Below are positions 1 through 9,218 of a stretch of 64,000 bases of DNA, in pieces. The DNA is from an uncultured delta proteobacterium. GTDB taxonomy: Bacteria > Myxococcota_A > Polyangia > Polyangiales > JAFGIB01. The stretch lies in the NCBI GenBank assembly GCA_963778655.1, contig CAVZVA010000010.1, positions 1,568,001 to 1,632,000 of the forward strand, in the 5' to 3' direction. Position 1 is the first letter of the stretch, and the number at the start of each line of letters is the position of its first letter. Position numbers and translations under genes: made by a program. The notes below the pieces were generated by a model. It ran no database searches and was not told where the DNA came from. It worked only from the letters and a program-made list of their open reading frames with translations.

Positions 1-1
1 C

Positions 2-544
2 GAGCTCGGCGTGGATCCCGACAAGATCTGCGTGTCCGGCAATTCCGCCGGCGGCCACCTGGCGCTGATGCTCGCCGCCACCGCCAACGCGCCCGAGCTG
101 GAGGGCGAGGGCGGCCATGCAGGCGCCGGCACGCAGTGTGCGGCGTGCGTCGCCTTCTACGCGCCCACCCGGCTGTTCGGCAGGGCGTCGCCCAACGCCT
201 ACGCGCCTGGGCTGTTTCCCGAAGGCGTGAGCGAGGCGACCGCGCGCCAGGCGAGCCCGATCGAGCACGCGCGCAAGGACTTCCCACCCACGCTGCTGAT
301 CCACGGCAACCGCGATCAGATCGTGCGCCCGCAGGCCAGCTTGTCGATGTACCAGGCGCTCAGCGAGGCCGGCGCCCAGGCCGAGCTGCACATGTACAAC
401 GGCGCCCCGCACGGCTTCGACGCCACGCGCGACCTCGGCCGCCAGTGCGTGGAGCTGATCCAGCTGTTCCTCGACCGCCACGTGGTCAACCCGCGCCCGG
501 CGGTCACCGCCTGGCAGGTCACCGCCCCTGGCGGGGTCGGCTGA
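2..544 (+). CDS. Alpha/beta hydrolase (HSL/BD-FAE-like esterase), 5' truncated by window edge
   Basis: GNSAGG nucleophile elbow, HGNRD acid motif, GAPHGF catalytic His; frame is open to the window start. Confidence 0.88.
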   Translation, partial: ELGVDPDKICVSGNSAGGHLALMLAATANAPELEGEGGHAGAGTQCAACVAFYAPTRLFGRASPNAYAPGLFPEGVSEATARQASPIEHARKDFPPTLLIHGNRDQIVRPQASLSMYQALSEAGAQAELHMYNGAPHGFDATRDLGRQCVELIQLFLDRHVVNPRPAVTAWQVTAPGGVG

Positions 545-795
545 CCAAGCTCGCCGCCCGCGCTCGTGGTCGGACCCGTGGTCGCGCCCGAGGTCGCGGC
601 CCTTTCGTTGGGACCCGAGCACAGATAACCTGCTCAGTTGCGGCTCGCGGGCGGGTGGCTTCGCGGCTTTCGTCCTTCTGAGGGCGCGCTCGCGATCGCA
701 CTCCGCCGACAGCCGGCATGGGCCTTGCCGAAGGCTTGCCAGCCCTGGGAGAGCCCCCCTTTGCAGGCTCGGGGATCTGCCCTACATCAGCAGGC

Positions 796-1287
796 ATGAC
801 CAGCGCACACGACTTCACGCACAAGACCATCGATGGACAGGACAAGGCGCTCGGCGACTATCGCGGCAAGGTGCTGCTGGTGGTCAACGTAGCGTCGCGC
901 TGCGGGCTCACGCCGCAGTACACGGCGCTCGAAGAGCTCTACCGTGGGATGAAGGGCCGGGGCTTCGAGGTGCTCGGCTTTCCCTGCAATCAGTTCGGGG
1001 CCCAGGAGCCGGGCACCGAGGACGAGATCAAGGCGTTTTGCAGCACGCAGTACGACGTGAGCTTTCCGCTGTTCAGCAAGTTGGAGGTGAACGGTGGCGG
1101 CCGCCATCCGCTCTACGCCTGGCTCACGGCCGAGCCTACGGCGCCCGACGGGCCGGGCGATATCAAGTGGAATTTCGCCAAGTTCCTGATCGGCCGCGAC
1201 GGCAAGGTGGCCGCGCGCTTCGGCCCCACCACCGCCCCCACGGCACCTCAGGTGGTGGATGCGATCGAAGCTGCGCTCGGCGATTGA
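796..1287 (+). CDS. Glutathione peroxidase (Cys-type, BtuE/Gpx family)
   Basis: VNVASRCGLT, GFPCNQFGAQEPG, IKWNFAKFL; ATG at 796. Confidence 0.95.
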   Translation: MTSAHDFTHKTIDGQDKALGDYRGKVLLVVNVASRCGLTPQYTALEELYRGMKGRGFEVLGFPCNQFGAQEPGTEDEIKAFCSTQYDVSFPLFSKLEVNGGGRHPLYAWLTAEPTAPDGPGDIKWNFAKFLIGRDGKVAARFGPTTAPTAPQVVDAIEAALGD

Positions 1288-1391
1288 GGCACGGCCCTCG
1301 GCGGGCGAATGGGGCGAGCCGAGCCGTTCCCGGAGGCCGCAGGTCCGAAAACTGGCCGCGCGCGGGGCGGCTGCAGCATAGTTCGGAGGCC

Positions 1392-2636
1392 ATGCACGCG
1401 GTGCAAGCGCGTTGGCTCGCGCCGTGGGTTCTGCTCGCGGCCGCCTCTGTTGCGCTGCCGGCACGCGCGCGTCCGGTCGGCTTCGGCCAGGCTCGCGCGT
1501 GGGCCGAGCAGGCTGCGCCCAGCGTGCAAGTGGCTGCGCGCCGCGTCGCGCTCTCGCGCACCGAGGTCGAGGTCGCCGGCACCTGGCAAAACCCCACGCT
1601 CGGCGTGCAGAGCGCCACGCGCACCGCGCACCTGGGCACCTCGCTGAGCCTCCCCCTGCCGCTGTTCGGCCAGCGCGGCACGGCGATCGACGCGGCGCGC
1701 GCGGACGTCGCCGTCAGCGCGCGCGAGGCGCTGCTGGCGCGCAGCGAGGCGCTGTTCGGGGTGACGCTGGGTTGGCTCGCGCTGTGGGAGGCGCAGCAGC
1801 GCGCGCAGCTGCTCCAGCGCGCCGCCAGCGATGCCGAGCGCACGGCCTCGATCGCCGCCGAGCGCTTCGACGCAGGCCTGGGCCCGCGCGTCGACGTGGT
1901 GCGCACCCGTGCGGGTAGCGCGCGCGCGCAGGCCGACCTCGCCGCCGCGCAGGCCGACGTGCACGCGGCCGCGCTGCGGCTCGCGGTCTGGCTCGGCCGC
2001 GAGGACGGCGAGCCCAGCGCGGCCGGCGAGCCGGGCTATCCGAGCGCGCTGCCCGATCTGGGGGCGCTGCAGCGCTGGCAGGCGCAGCAACACCCGGCGT
2101 TGCAGCGCGATCGCGCCCGGGTACGCGCGGCCGAGGCGCATGTGCGCTCCGAGCAGCGCGCGGCCTGGCCGATCGTGGACGCGCAGGTCGGCGTCAACCA
2201 ATTCGATCCCAGCCTGCCCGGCGGGCCCGACGTGATCGGCGGGCTTTCGTTCGAGCTGCCGCTGCTCAACCAGCGCGGCGGCGCGATCGCGCGCGCGCGC
2301 TCCGAACGAAGGCTGGCGGAGGCCGAGGCGGTGGCCGATGGCGCCGAGCTGCGTGCGGAGCTGCGCGCCGCCTACCACGAGGCGCAGGGCGCGGCGGCGC
2401 AGCTCGCGGCACTGCGCGATCAGGTGGTGCCGGCCTTGCTCGAGGCGCGCCAGATGAGCGAGGAGAGCTATCGCAGCGGGCGCATGGATCTGTTGCGCCT
2501 GCTGGAAGCGCAGCGCGCGCTGATCGAGAGCCAGCTTGCGGAGGCGGAGGCGGCGGCCGCCTTCGGGCGCGCGCTGGCCGAGCTCGAGCGCACCACCGGG
2601 CGAAGGCTCGACGCGAGAGTTGCTGATGCGCGCTGA
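1392..2636 (+). CDS. TolC-family outer membrane efflux protein
   Basis: GGAGG RBS before ATG 1392, signal peptide, two OEP repeats (LSLPLPLF; LSFELPLLNQRGG; SYRSGRMDLLRLLEAQ); precedes MFP and RND genes. Confidence 0.88.
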   Translation: MHAVQARWLAPWVLLAAASVALPARARPVGFGQARAWAEQAAPSVQVAARRVALSRTEVEVAGTWQNPTLGVQSATRTAHLGTSLSLPLPLFGQRGTAIDAARADVAVSAREALLARSEALFGVTLGWLALWEAQQRAQLLQRAASDAERTASIAAERFDAGLGPRVDVVRTRAGSARAQADLAAAQADVHAAALRLAVWLGREDGEPSAAGEPGYPSALPDLGALQRWQAQQHPALQRDRARVRAAEAHVRSEQRAAWPIVDAQVGVNQFDPSLPGGPDVIGGLSFELPLLNQRGGAIARARSERRLAEAEAVADGAELRAELRAAYHEAQGAAAQLAALRDQVVPALLEARQMSEESYRSGRMDLLRLLEAQRALIESQLAEAEAAAAFGRALAELERTTGRRLDARVADAR

Positions 2637-3723
2637 GCGCACACGCCGCGCGCGCCTCTTGCTGGCGGCGCTGGGTTGCGCCTGCTGTACCGCGCGCGGC
2701 GAGCCGCCGCAGCCCGAGCCCTCCGCCAAGCGGGTGCGCTGCGTCGAGGTCAAGAGCGAGATGCTGGGCCTGAGCGTGGAGCTGCGCGGCACGATCGCGC
2801 CGCTGCCGGACCGGGACGCCCAGGTGGCCCCGCAGGTGAGCGGGCGGCTGCTGCGGGTGCGCGTGCGCGAGGGCGACAAGGTCAAGGCGGGGCAGGTGTT
2901 GGCGGAGGTCGACCCGGCGCCGCTGCTCGACCAACTGCACGAGGCGCAGGCCGCGCTGGCGCGCACGAGCGCGGAGCGCAAGAACGCCGACAGCACGCTC
3001 GCGCGCATGCAGCGCGTGTTCGAGCACGGGATCGCGTCTCGCCAGGAAGTCGACGACGCCGCGGCGCGCGCTGCCTCCGCCAAGGCGAGCGAAGACGAGG
3101 CGGCGGCGGGAGCGCGGCGCGCGCAGCTTCAGCTCGAGCGCGCCACGGTGCGCAGCCCGCTCGTGGGCGTGGTGCTGCGCCTGCTGCGCCGCTCGGGCGA
3201 GCTGGTCGACGGCACGCCAGCCACGCCCGTGGTCGAGGTCGGCGACCCCTCGCAGCTCGAGCTGGTGGCGGACGTGCCGGCCCAGGACTTGGTGCGGGTC
3301 AAGGCGGGCGATGTCGCGCAGATCAGCGTGAGCGCGCTGCCCGCGCTCGCGCTTTCGGGCCACGTGTCGCTGGTGTCGCCGGCGCTCGACCGCGCGACCG
3401 GCCTGGGCGTGGTGCGCGTGGCGCTCGATCCCGACGGCGCGCAGGCGCCGCCGGTGGGTGCCTACGGCAGCGCGCGCGTGCAGACCGGCAGCAAGCATCC
3501 ATTGCTGGTCGTGCCGGTGGGCGCGCTGCGCGCGATTGCGGGAGATCGGGGCGAGCTGGTGAGCTGCGGCCCGGACGCGATCGCGCACGTGCGCGTGGTT
3601 CGGCGCGGTCCGGTGCACGACGGGCTGGCGGAGATCGAATCCGGCGTGAAGGCCGGCGAGCGCGTGGTGCTGGAGCCGGTGCTCGGCGTGTCCGAAGGCG
3701 ACAAGCTCGAGGTCGCGCCATGA
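2626..3723 (+). CDS. RND efflux periplasmic adaptor (MFP)
   Basis: VAPQVSGRL..VREGDKVKAGQVL lipoyl-like motif, alpha-hairpin, VRSPLVGVV; overlaps TolC stop. Confidence 0.9.
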   Translation: MRAERTRRARLLLAALGCACCTARGEPPQPEPSAKRVRCVEVKSEMLGLSVELRGTIAPLPDRDAQVAPQVSGRLLRVRVREGDKVKAGQVLAEVDPAPLLDQLHEAQAALARTSAERKNADSTLARMQRVFEHGIASRQEVDDAAARAASAKASEDEAAAGARRAQLQLERATVRSPLVGVVLRLLRRSGELVDGTPATPVVEVGDPSQLELVADVPAQDLVRVKAGDVAQISVSALPALALSGHVSLVSPALDRATGLGVVRVALDPDGAQAPPVGAYGSARVQTGSKHPLLVVPVGALRAIAGDRGELVSCGPDAIAHVRVVRRGPVHDGLAEIESGVKAGERVVLEPVLGVSEGDKLEVAP

Positions 3724-3757
3724 GCGCGCGCGGCAGCAGCGCGCGTGGAAGGCCACC

Positions 3758-6700
3758 GTGAGCTGGTTCGCTCTGCTGCGGCAACGCGGACTGGTGCTGT
3801 GGCTGGGCGCGCTCGCGCTGTGCGCCGGCGGCACGCTGCTGTCGACGCGCTTGCCGAGCGGCATCTATCCCGAGGTCGAGTTCTCGCGCATCGTGGTGGT
3901 GGCGCGCAGCGGCGACGCGCCGCCCGAGGTCACCCAGGTCTCGATCACGCGGCCGCTCGAGAACGCGCTCGCGACCGTGCTCGGGGTCGAGCGCGTGCGC
4001 TCGCACACCATCCGCGGCGCCGCCGAGCTCTCGTTGCTGTTCGCGCCCGGCACCGACATGTGGCGCGCGCTGCAGCTGGTGCAGGCGCAGGTCGGCGAGG
4101 TCCGCAGCAGCTTGCCCGCCGGCACCGAGATCGTGGTCGAGCGCCTGACCACCACCTCGTTTCCGGTCATCACCTACAACCTCACCGGTGCGATCGATTC
4201 GCGCAGGTTGCGCGAGCTCGGCGAGCTGGTGCTCAAGCCCGCGCTCTCGCGCGTGCGCGGTGTGGGCCGGGTCGAGGTGCTGGGCGGAGACGTGCGCGAG
4301 ATCGAGGTGGTGCTCGATCCGGAGCGCTGCGCCGCGCTGCGGCTGAGCCCGCGCCTGGTCGCCGACAAGCTGCGCGAGCAAAACGTGCTGCAGGCGGTCG
4401 GCCGCTACGACGAGTCGCACGCGCTGGTGACGGTGATGGCCTCGGGTGAGCCCAACGGGCTTTCCGACCTGCGTGACTTCCCGGTCGCGGTCGGGCCCGA
4501 CGGCGGGGCGATCCCGCTCTCGGCGGTGGCGGACGTCGAGGAGGGCGCGGAGGACCGGCTGCTGCGGGTGTCGGGGCCGGGCGGCGAGACCGTGCTGATC
4601 AGCGTGGCGCGACTGCCGGGCGCGAGCACGCCCGATGTGGTCGCGGCCGTGCAGGCGGTGGCCGACGATGTCAAGGCCACGCTACCGCGCGGGGTGAAGC
4701 TGCAGCCGGTCTACGACCAGGCGCTGCTGGTGCACGAGTCGCTGCGCTCGGTGCGCGACGCGATCCTGGGCGGCATCGCGCTTTGCGTGCTGGTGATCGC
4801 GCTGTTCCTGCGCGACCTGCGCGCCGGGTTGGTCGCCGCCGCCGCGGTGCCGCTGACGCTGGGCATCACCTTCGTGCCGGTGGCGCTGCTCGGGCAGAGC
4901 TTGAACCTGATGTCGCTAGGCGGTCTGGCGGTGGCGATCGGGCTGGTCATCGACGACGCGATCGTGGTGGTGGAGGCGATCGGACGCAAGCTGGAAGAGG
5001 GCGCGCCGCCCGCGCAGGCCGCGGAGCGGGGCACGCGCGCGCTGCTGGCGGCGTTGATCGGCACCACCGCTACCACCGTGGTGGTGTTCCTGCCGCTGGG
5101 CTGGCTGCAAGGGGTGGTGGGGCGCTTCTTCATCGCGCTCGCGACCACGCTCTCGGCCGCGGTGCTGATCTCGCTGCTGGTGGCGGTGGTGCTGGTGCCG
5201 CTGGCGGCCACGCGCCTGTTGCGCGCGCGGCCCGGTAGCCGGCGCAGGCCGCGGCTGGCCGCGGCCTACGCGCGACTGCTGGGGCCGCTGGTGCGCCACC
5301 CGGTGGGCGGTGTGGCGCTCGGCCTCGGGCTGCTCGCGCTCGGCGCGCTCAGCGCGACGCGCGTGCCGACCGGATTTTTGCCCACCATGGACGAGGGCGC
5401 GTTCGTGCTCGACTACTTCCTGCCCGCCGGCACCTCGCTCGACGAGACCGACCGCGTCGCGCGCAAGATCGAGCGCGTGCTGCAGAGCACGCGCGAGGTG
5501 CGCACCTACTCGCGGCGCACCGGCGCGGAGCTGGGGCCCGCTGCGGCCACGCAGGTCAACCGCGGCGACATCATGGTGCGGCTCGCGCCGCCGGGCGAGC
5601 GCACGCGCAGCGCCGACGAGGTGATCGCAGCCGTGCGCGCGCGCGTGGCGCGCGAGGTGCCCGAGGCGCGCACCGAGTTCATCCAGGTGCTGCAGGACGT
5701 GCTCAACGATCTGGCCGGCACGCCGCGCCCGATCGAGATCAAGCTGTTCGGCGACGACTACGGCCGCCTGCGCGCGCTGGCGCAGCAGGTGGCCGGGCGC
5801 ATCCGCAGCGTCCCCGGGCTGGTCGACCTCTATCCGGGCTTCGAGGCCGAGGCGCCCGAGCTGCGCTTCCGCGTCGACGCGTTGGCGGCGGCCCGGCTCG
5901 GCAGGAGCGCGAGCGACGTGGCCGCGGAGCTCGAAGCAGCGTTGCACGGCGCGATGGCGTCTCTGATCCGCAGGCCCGATCGGCCGCTCGGCGTGCGCGT
6001 GCGCTACCCCGACGCGGTGCGCTTCGACCCGGCGCACATCACGGCGTTGCCCATTCTGGTCGGCAGCGCGGGGGTGGTGCCGATTGGCGCGCTGGCGCGC
6101 GCGGAGCGCGGCGCGGCGCAGACGGACCTGGTGCGCGAGAACCTGCGGCCGGCGGTGATCGTGACCGCCGATCACGAAGGCCGCGACCTCGGCTCGGTAA
6201 TGCGCGACGTGCGCGCGCGCCTCTCGGGGCTCTCTCTGCCGGAGGGCTACCGGCTGGAGCTCGGAGGGCAGTACGAGGGCCAGCAGCAGACCTTCCGCCA
6301 GCTCGGGCTGGTGATGGGCTTCGGTCTGACCGCGGTGCTGGTGGTGCTGCTGGCGCAGTTCCGGCGCGCGCGGCTGGCGCTGCTGGTGCTGCTTTGCGTG
6401 CCGGTTGCGCTCACCGGCGCGCTGGCGATCCTGTGGCTCACCGCGATCCCGCTCAACGCCTCGTCGCTGATGGGCTGCGTGCTGCTCGCCGGGCTGGTGG
6501 TCAAGAACGGCATCCTGCTGCTCGAGCAATACGAGCGCCTGTGCGAGGCCGGCACGCCGTCCGAGCAGGCGCTGCTGCAGGCGGGCGCGATCCGGGTACG
6601 GCCGATCCTGATGACGACGCTGGCCACCATCGCGGGGCTCGCGCCGCTCGCGCTCGGTCTGGGCGCGGGCGCGGAGATCCAGCGCCCGCTGGCAGTGGCG

Positions 6701-6793
6701 GTGATCGGCGGGCTGGCGGTCTCGACGGCGGTCAGCCTGCTGGTGCTGCCCTCGCTCGCAAGCCTCACCGGACCAAGCAAGCCGCGAGCGTAG
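3758..6793 (+). CDS. RND efflux permease (AcrB/CusA-CzcA-like family)
   Basis: 1011 aa; SLNLMSLGGLAVAIGLVIDDAIVVVE, GLVVKNGIL, RVRPILMTTL motifs. Confidence 0.95.
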   Translation: MSWFALLRQRGLVLWLGALALCAGGTLLSTRLPSGIYPEVEFSRIVVVARSGDAPPEVTQVSITRPLENALATVLGVERVRSHTIRGAAELSLLFAPGTDMWRALQLVQAQVGEVRSSLPAGTEIVVERLTTTSFPVITYNLTGAIDSRRLRELGELVLKPALSRVRGVGRVEVLGGDVREIEVVLDPERCAALRLSPRLVADKLREQNVLQAVGRYDESHALVTVMASGEPNGLSDLRDFPVAVGPDGGAIPLSAVADVEEGAEDRLLRVSGPGGETVLISVARLPGASTPDVVAAVQAVADDVKATLPRGVKLQPVYDQALLVHESLRSVRDAILGGIALCVLVIALFLRDLRAGLVAAAAVPLTLGITFVPVALLGQSLNLMSLGGLAVAIGLVIDDAIVVVEAIGRKLEEGAPPAQAAERGTRALLAALIGTTATTVVVFLPLGWLQGVVGRFFIALATTLSAAVLISLLVAVVLVPLAATRLLRARPGSRRRPRLAAAYARLLGPLVRHPVGGVALGLGLLALGALSATRVPTGFLPTMDEGAFVLDYFLPAGTSLDETDRVARKIERVLQSTREVRTYSRRTGAELGPAAATQVNRGDIMVRLAPPGERTRSADEVIAAVRARVAREVPEARTEFIQVLQDVLNDLAGTPRPIEIKLFGDDYGRLRALAQQVAGRIRSVPGLVDLYPGFEAEAPELRFRVDALAAARLGRSASDVAAELEAALHGAMASLIRRPDRPLGVRVRYPDAVRFDPAHITALPILVGSAGVVPIGALARAERGAAQTDLVRENLRPAVIVTADHEGRDLGSVMRDVRARLSGLSLPEGYRLELGGQYEGQQQTFRQLGLVMGFGLTAVLVVLLAQFRRARLALLVLLCVPVALTGALAILWLTAIPLNASSLMGCVLLAGLVVKNGILLLEQYERLCEAGTPSEQALLQAGAIRVRPILMTTLATIAGLAPLALGLGAGAEIQRPLAVAVIGGLAVSTAVSLLVLPSLASLTGPSKPRA

Positions 6794-6973
6794 CTCGCCT
6801 CGGATCCAGCAAGAGGGCTTCGGAGGCAGGCGCGGGTCGCGTTCCCGGTCCTTTCGCGCACCGCGCAGATGTGCTCGAATCCCGGCGCACGCGCGAGGCC
6901 GTGCAACGCGAGCGTGGCGCCCATTCCGGCCGCCGGCTCGCAGCGGCGCGAGCCGGCGTGAAGAGGAGAGGCC

Positions 6974-7900
6974 GTGGAGCAGACGACCGGGTCCAAGGCG
7001 ATCGTGTTGAGCGGCGGCGGCGCGGTGGGCATCGCCTGGCAGACGGGCCTGGTGGCCGGGCTGGCCGAGCGCGGCGTGGACCTCGCGAGCGCCGAGCTGG
7101 TCGTGGGCACCTCCGCGGGCGCCGCGGTCGGCGCCCAGATCGCGCTGGGTTGCGACATGCGCGCCGCGTTGGAGCGCTTCGCCGCGCTCAAGCCCAGCGG
7201 CGCGGATGCGCCTGCGGGCGGCGACCCCGCTGCGAGGCCGAGCTCCCAGGGCCGGCTGCAGAAGCTGTTCGCGATCATGGCCGAGGTGGCGGCAAAGGGG
7301 GGCGATGCCGCGCAGTCGCGCGCGGCCCTCGGCCGCTTCGCGCTCGAAGCCGAAACCATCGACGAGGCCAGCTTCATGAAGAGCTTCTCGTATCTGGCGA
7401 ATGAGCGCTGGCCGCGCCGGTTCGCGTGCACCGCGGTCGACGCGGAGTCGGGCGATTTCATGGTCTGGCGCGAGTCCTCGGGTGTCGATCTCTGGGCGGC
7501 GGTCAGCTCGAGCTGCGCGGTGCCGGGGTTGTTTCCGCCGATCACGATCGCCGGGCGCCGCTACATGGACGGCGGCATGCGCTCGGGCACCAACGCCGAT
7601 CTGGCCAAGGGCCACCAGCGGGTGTTGATCCTCAGCTTGATGGCCGCCGCCGGCACGGGCGAAAGCAGCGGAGACGCTGAGCTCGATCCCCGGCGGCTGC
7701 GGATGCGGCGCAACGCCGAGCGCGAGCTGGCGACGCTGCGCGAAGCCGGCGGTCGCGTCGAGGTCGTGGGTCCCGATGCGGAAGCCGCGGCGATCATGGG
7801 CATGGATCTGATGAACCATCGGCTCGCGTACGACGCTGCCCAGGCGGGCTTGCGGCAGGGCCGCGCCGCAGCGCCGCGCTTGGGCGTGTTCTGGGGTTGA
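6974..7900 (+). CDS. Patatin-like phospholipase
   Basis: LSGGG oxyanion loop, GTSAG, YMDGG; GAGGAG RBS. Confidence 0.92.
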   Translation: MEQTTGSKAIVLSGGGAVGIAWQTGLVAGLAERGVDLASAELVVGTSAGAAVGAQIALGCDMRAALERFAALKPSGADAPAGGDPAARPSSQGRLQKLFAIMAEVAAKGGDAAQSRAALGRFALEAETIDEASFMKSFSYLANERWPRRFACTAVDAESGDFMVWRESSGVDLWAAVSSSCAVPGLFPPITIAGRRYMDGGMRSGTNADLAKGHQRVLILSLMAAAGTGESSGDAELDPRRLRMRRNAERELATLREAGGRVEVVGPDAEAAAIMGMDLMNHRLAYDAAQAGLRQGRAAAPRLGVFWG

Positions 7901-8051
7901 GGCCGCGCGAGCCTGCGTCGTGCACTGCGGCGCGATCGGCGCGCAGCGCCCCGGCGCGCGAGCCGGCGTGGCGGGCGCCCACGCGCGCAGCCGTAGCGGT
8001 CCGCGGCGGGGTACCGTACCCTGAGGCCCGGCGGGTCAGGAAGGTAGGGGC

Positions 8052-9218
8052 ATGCGGGGTCGGGTTTGCGCGCGGTGGCCGATGCTGGTTTTGTGTCTCG
8101 GGCTCGGCGCGGGCTGCTCGAGCAAGCGCGCGGGGGCTGGCGGGGGTGGCACGCAGGCGCCGGGCACGGCCGCCTCGGGGGGCTCGACCGCGGCGGGAGC
8201 AGGCGCAGGCGGGCTGGCGGGCAGCGGCAGCGGCGGCAGCGCGAGCGGCGGTAGCGGCGGCGGCGGCGGCACGGCCGCCAGCGCCGGCGCGGGCGGCGCG
8301 GGGGCGGACGCGGGCAGCGCCGGTCCGCCGGCCAGCGGCAAGCCGGGCGAGATCGGGGGCTGCGCGATCTTCAGCGCGGACGACGCCTGGAACCAAGACA
8401 TCTCTGCCGAGCCGGTGGACGCCAGCTGGACCTCGCGCCTGCAGGCGCTGGTCGGCGACATCAAGCTGCACCCGGACTACGGCAACTCCGGCAGCGAGCA
8501 CTACGGCCTGCCCATCAACGTGGTGCCGCAAGCCCAGCCGCTGGTCGCGGTGCGCTTCGACGACTACCCCGACGAGAGCGACCCCGGGCCTTATCCCTTT
8601 CCCGAGCCCGGCAGCGCGCGCATCGAGGGCGGCACGCCGAGCGCGTGCGACGGCGATTGCCACTTCCTGGTGGTGCAGAGCGGCGCTTGCATGCTCTACG
8701 AGGGCTATGCCTGCGCCTACGCGGGCGGCTGGCACTGCGCCAACGGCGCGAAGTGGGACCTGAGCAAGAACAGCTACGGCCAGCGCATGAAGGGCTGGAC
8801 CTCGGCCGACGCGGCCGGGCTCGCGATCACGCCCGGGCTGGTGCGCTACGGCGAGGTGCAGGCGGGCGAGATCACGCACGCGATTCGCTTCACGCTGCAC
8901 TGCACGCGCGCCAACTTCGTCGCCCCGGCCACGCACCAGGCGGTGCCGTCGCACTGCGACCCGAACGACCCCAACGCTCCGCCGATGGGCCTGCGCGTGC
9001 GCCTGCGCGCCGACTACGATTTGTCGAGCCTATCGCCGAGCGCGCAGGTAGTGGCGCGCGCGATGCAGCGCTACGGGCTGCTGCTCGCCGACAACGGCAG
9101 CGACTTCTATTTCCAGGGCGAGGACAACCCCGGCTGGACCGACACCGACGTCGAGCCGCTCAAGACCCTGCCGGCCTCGGCCTTCGAGGCGATCGTGCCG
9201 CCCGCGCTGGAGCCCTGA
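8052..9218 (+). CDS. Lipoprotein of unknown function (Gly-rich linker + globular domain with WTSADAAGL motif)
   Basis: Lipobox GAGC, Gly/Ser linker, globular domain (ESDPGPYP, GDCH, SADAAGL, LADNGSD). Confidence 0.75.
   Translation: MRGRVCARWPMLVLCLGLGAGCSSKRAGAGGGGTQAPGTAASGGSTAAGAGAGGLAGSGSGGSASGGSGGGGGTAASAGAGGAGADAGSAGPPASGKPGEIGGCAIFSADDAWNQDISAEPVDASWTSRLQALVGDIKLHPDYGNSGSEHYGLPINVVPQAQPLVAVRFDDYPDESDPGPYPFPEPGSARIEGGTPSACDGDCHFLVVQSGACMLYEGYACAYAGGWHCANGAKWDLSKNSYGQRMKGWTSADAAGLAITPGLVRYGEVQAGEITHAIRFTLHCTRANFVAPATHQAVPSHCDPNDPNAPPMGLRVRLRADYDLSSLSPSAQVVARAMQRYGLLLADNGSDFYFQGEDNPGWTDTDVEPLKTLPASAFEAIVPPALEP

Noticed and set aside
563..598. Three 12-bp-period repeats (CGTGGTCG core) after the esterase
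   Set aside because: Short, degenerate and GC-rich; no spacers and no second locus seen
796..1287. Possible selenocysteine glutathione peroxidase
   Set aside because: The active-site codon is TGC (Cys); there is no in-frame TGA
8645..9217. Long N-terminal extensions in the ORF track (Kup, TolC at 1038, CusB at 43899, ACAD at 18051)
   Set aside because: They overlap upstream genes in another frame; downstream starts with an RBS or stop/start overlap fit better
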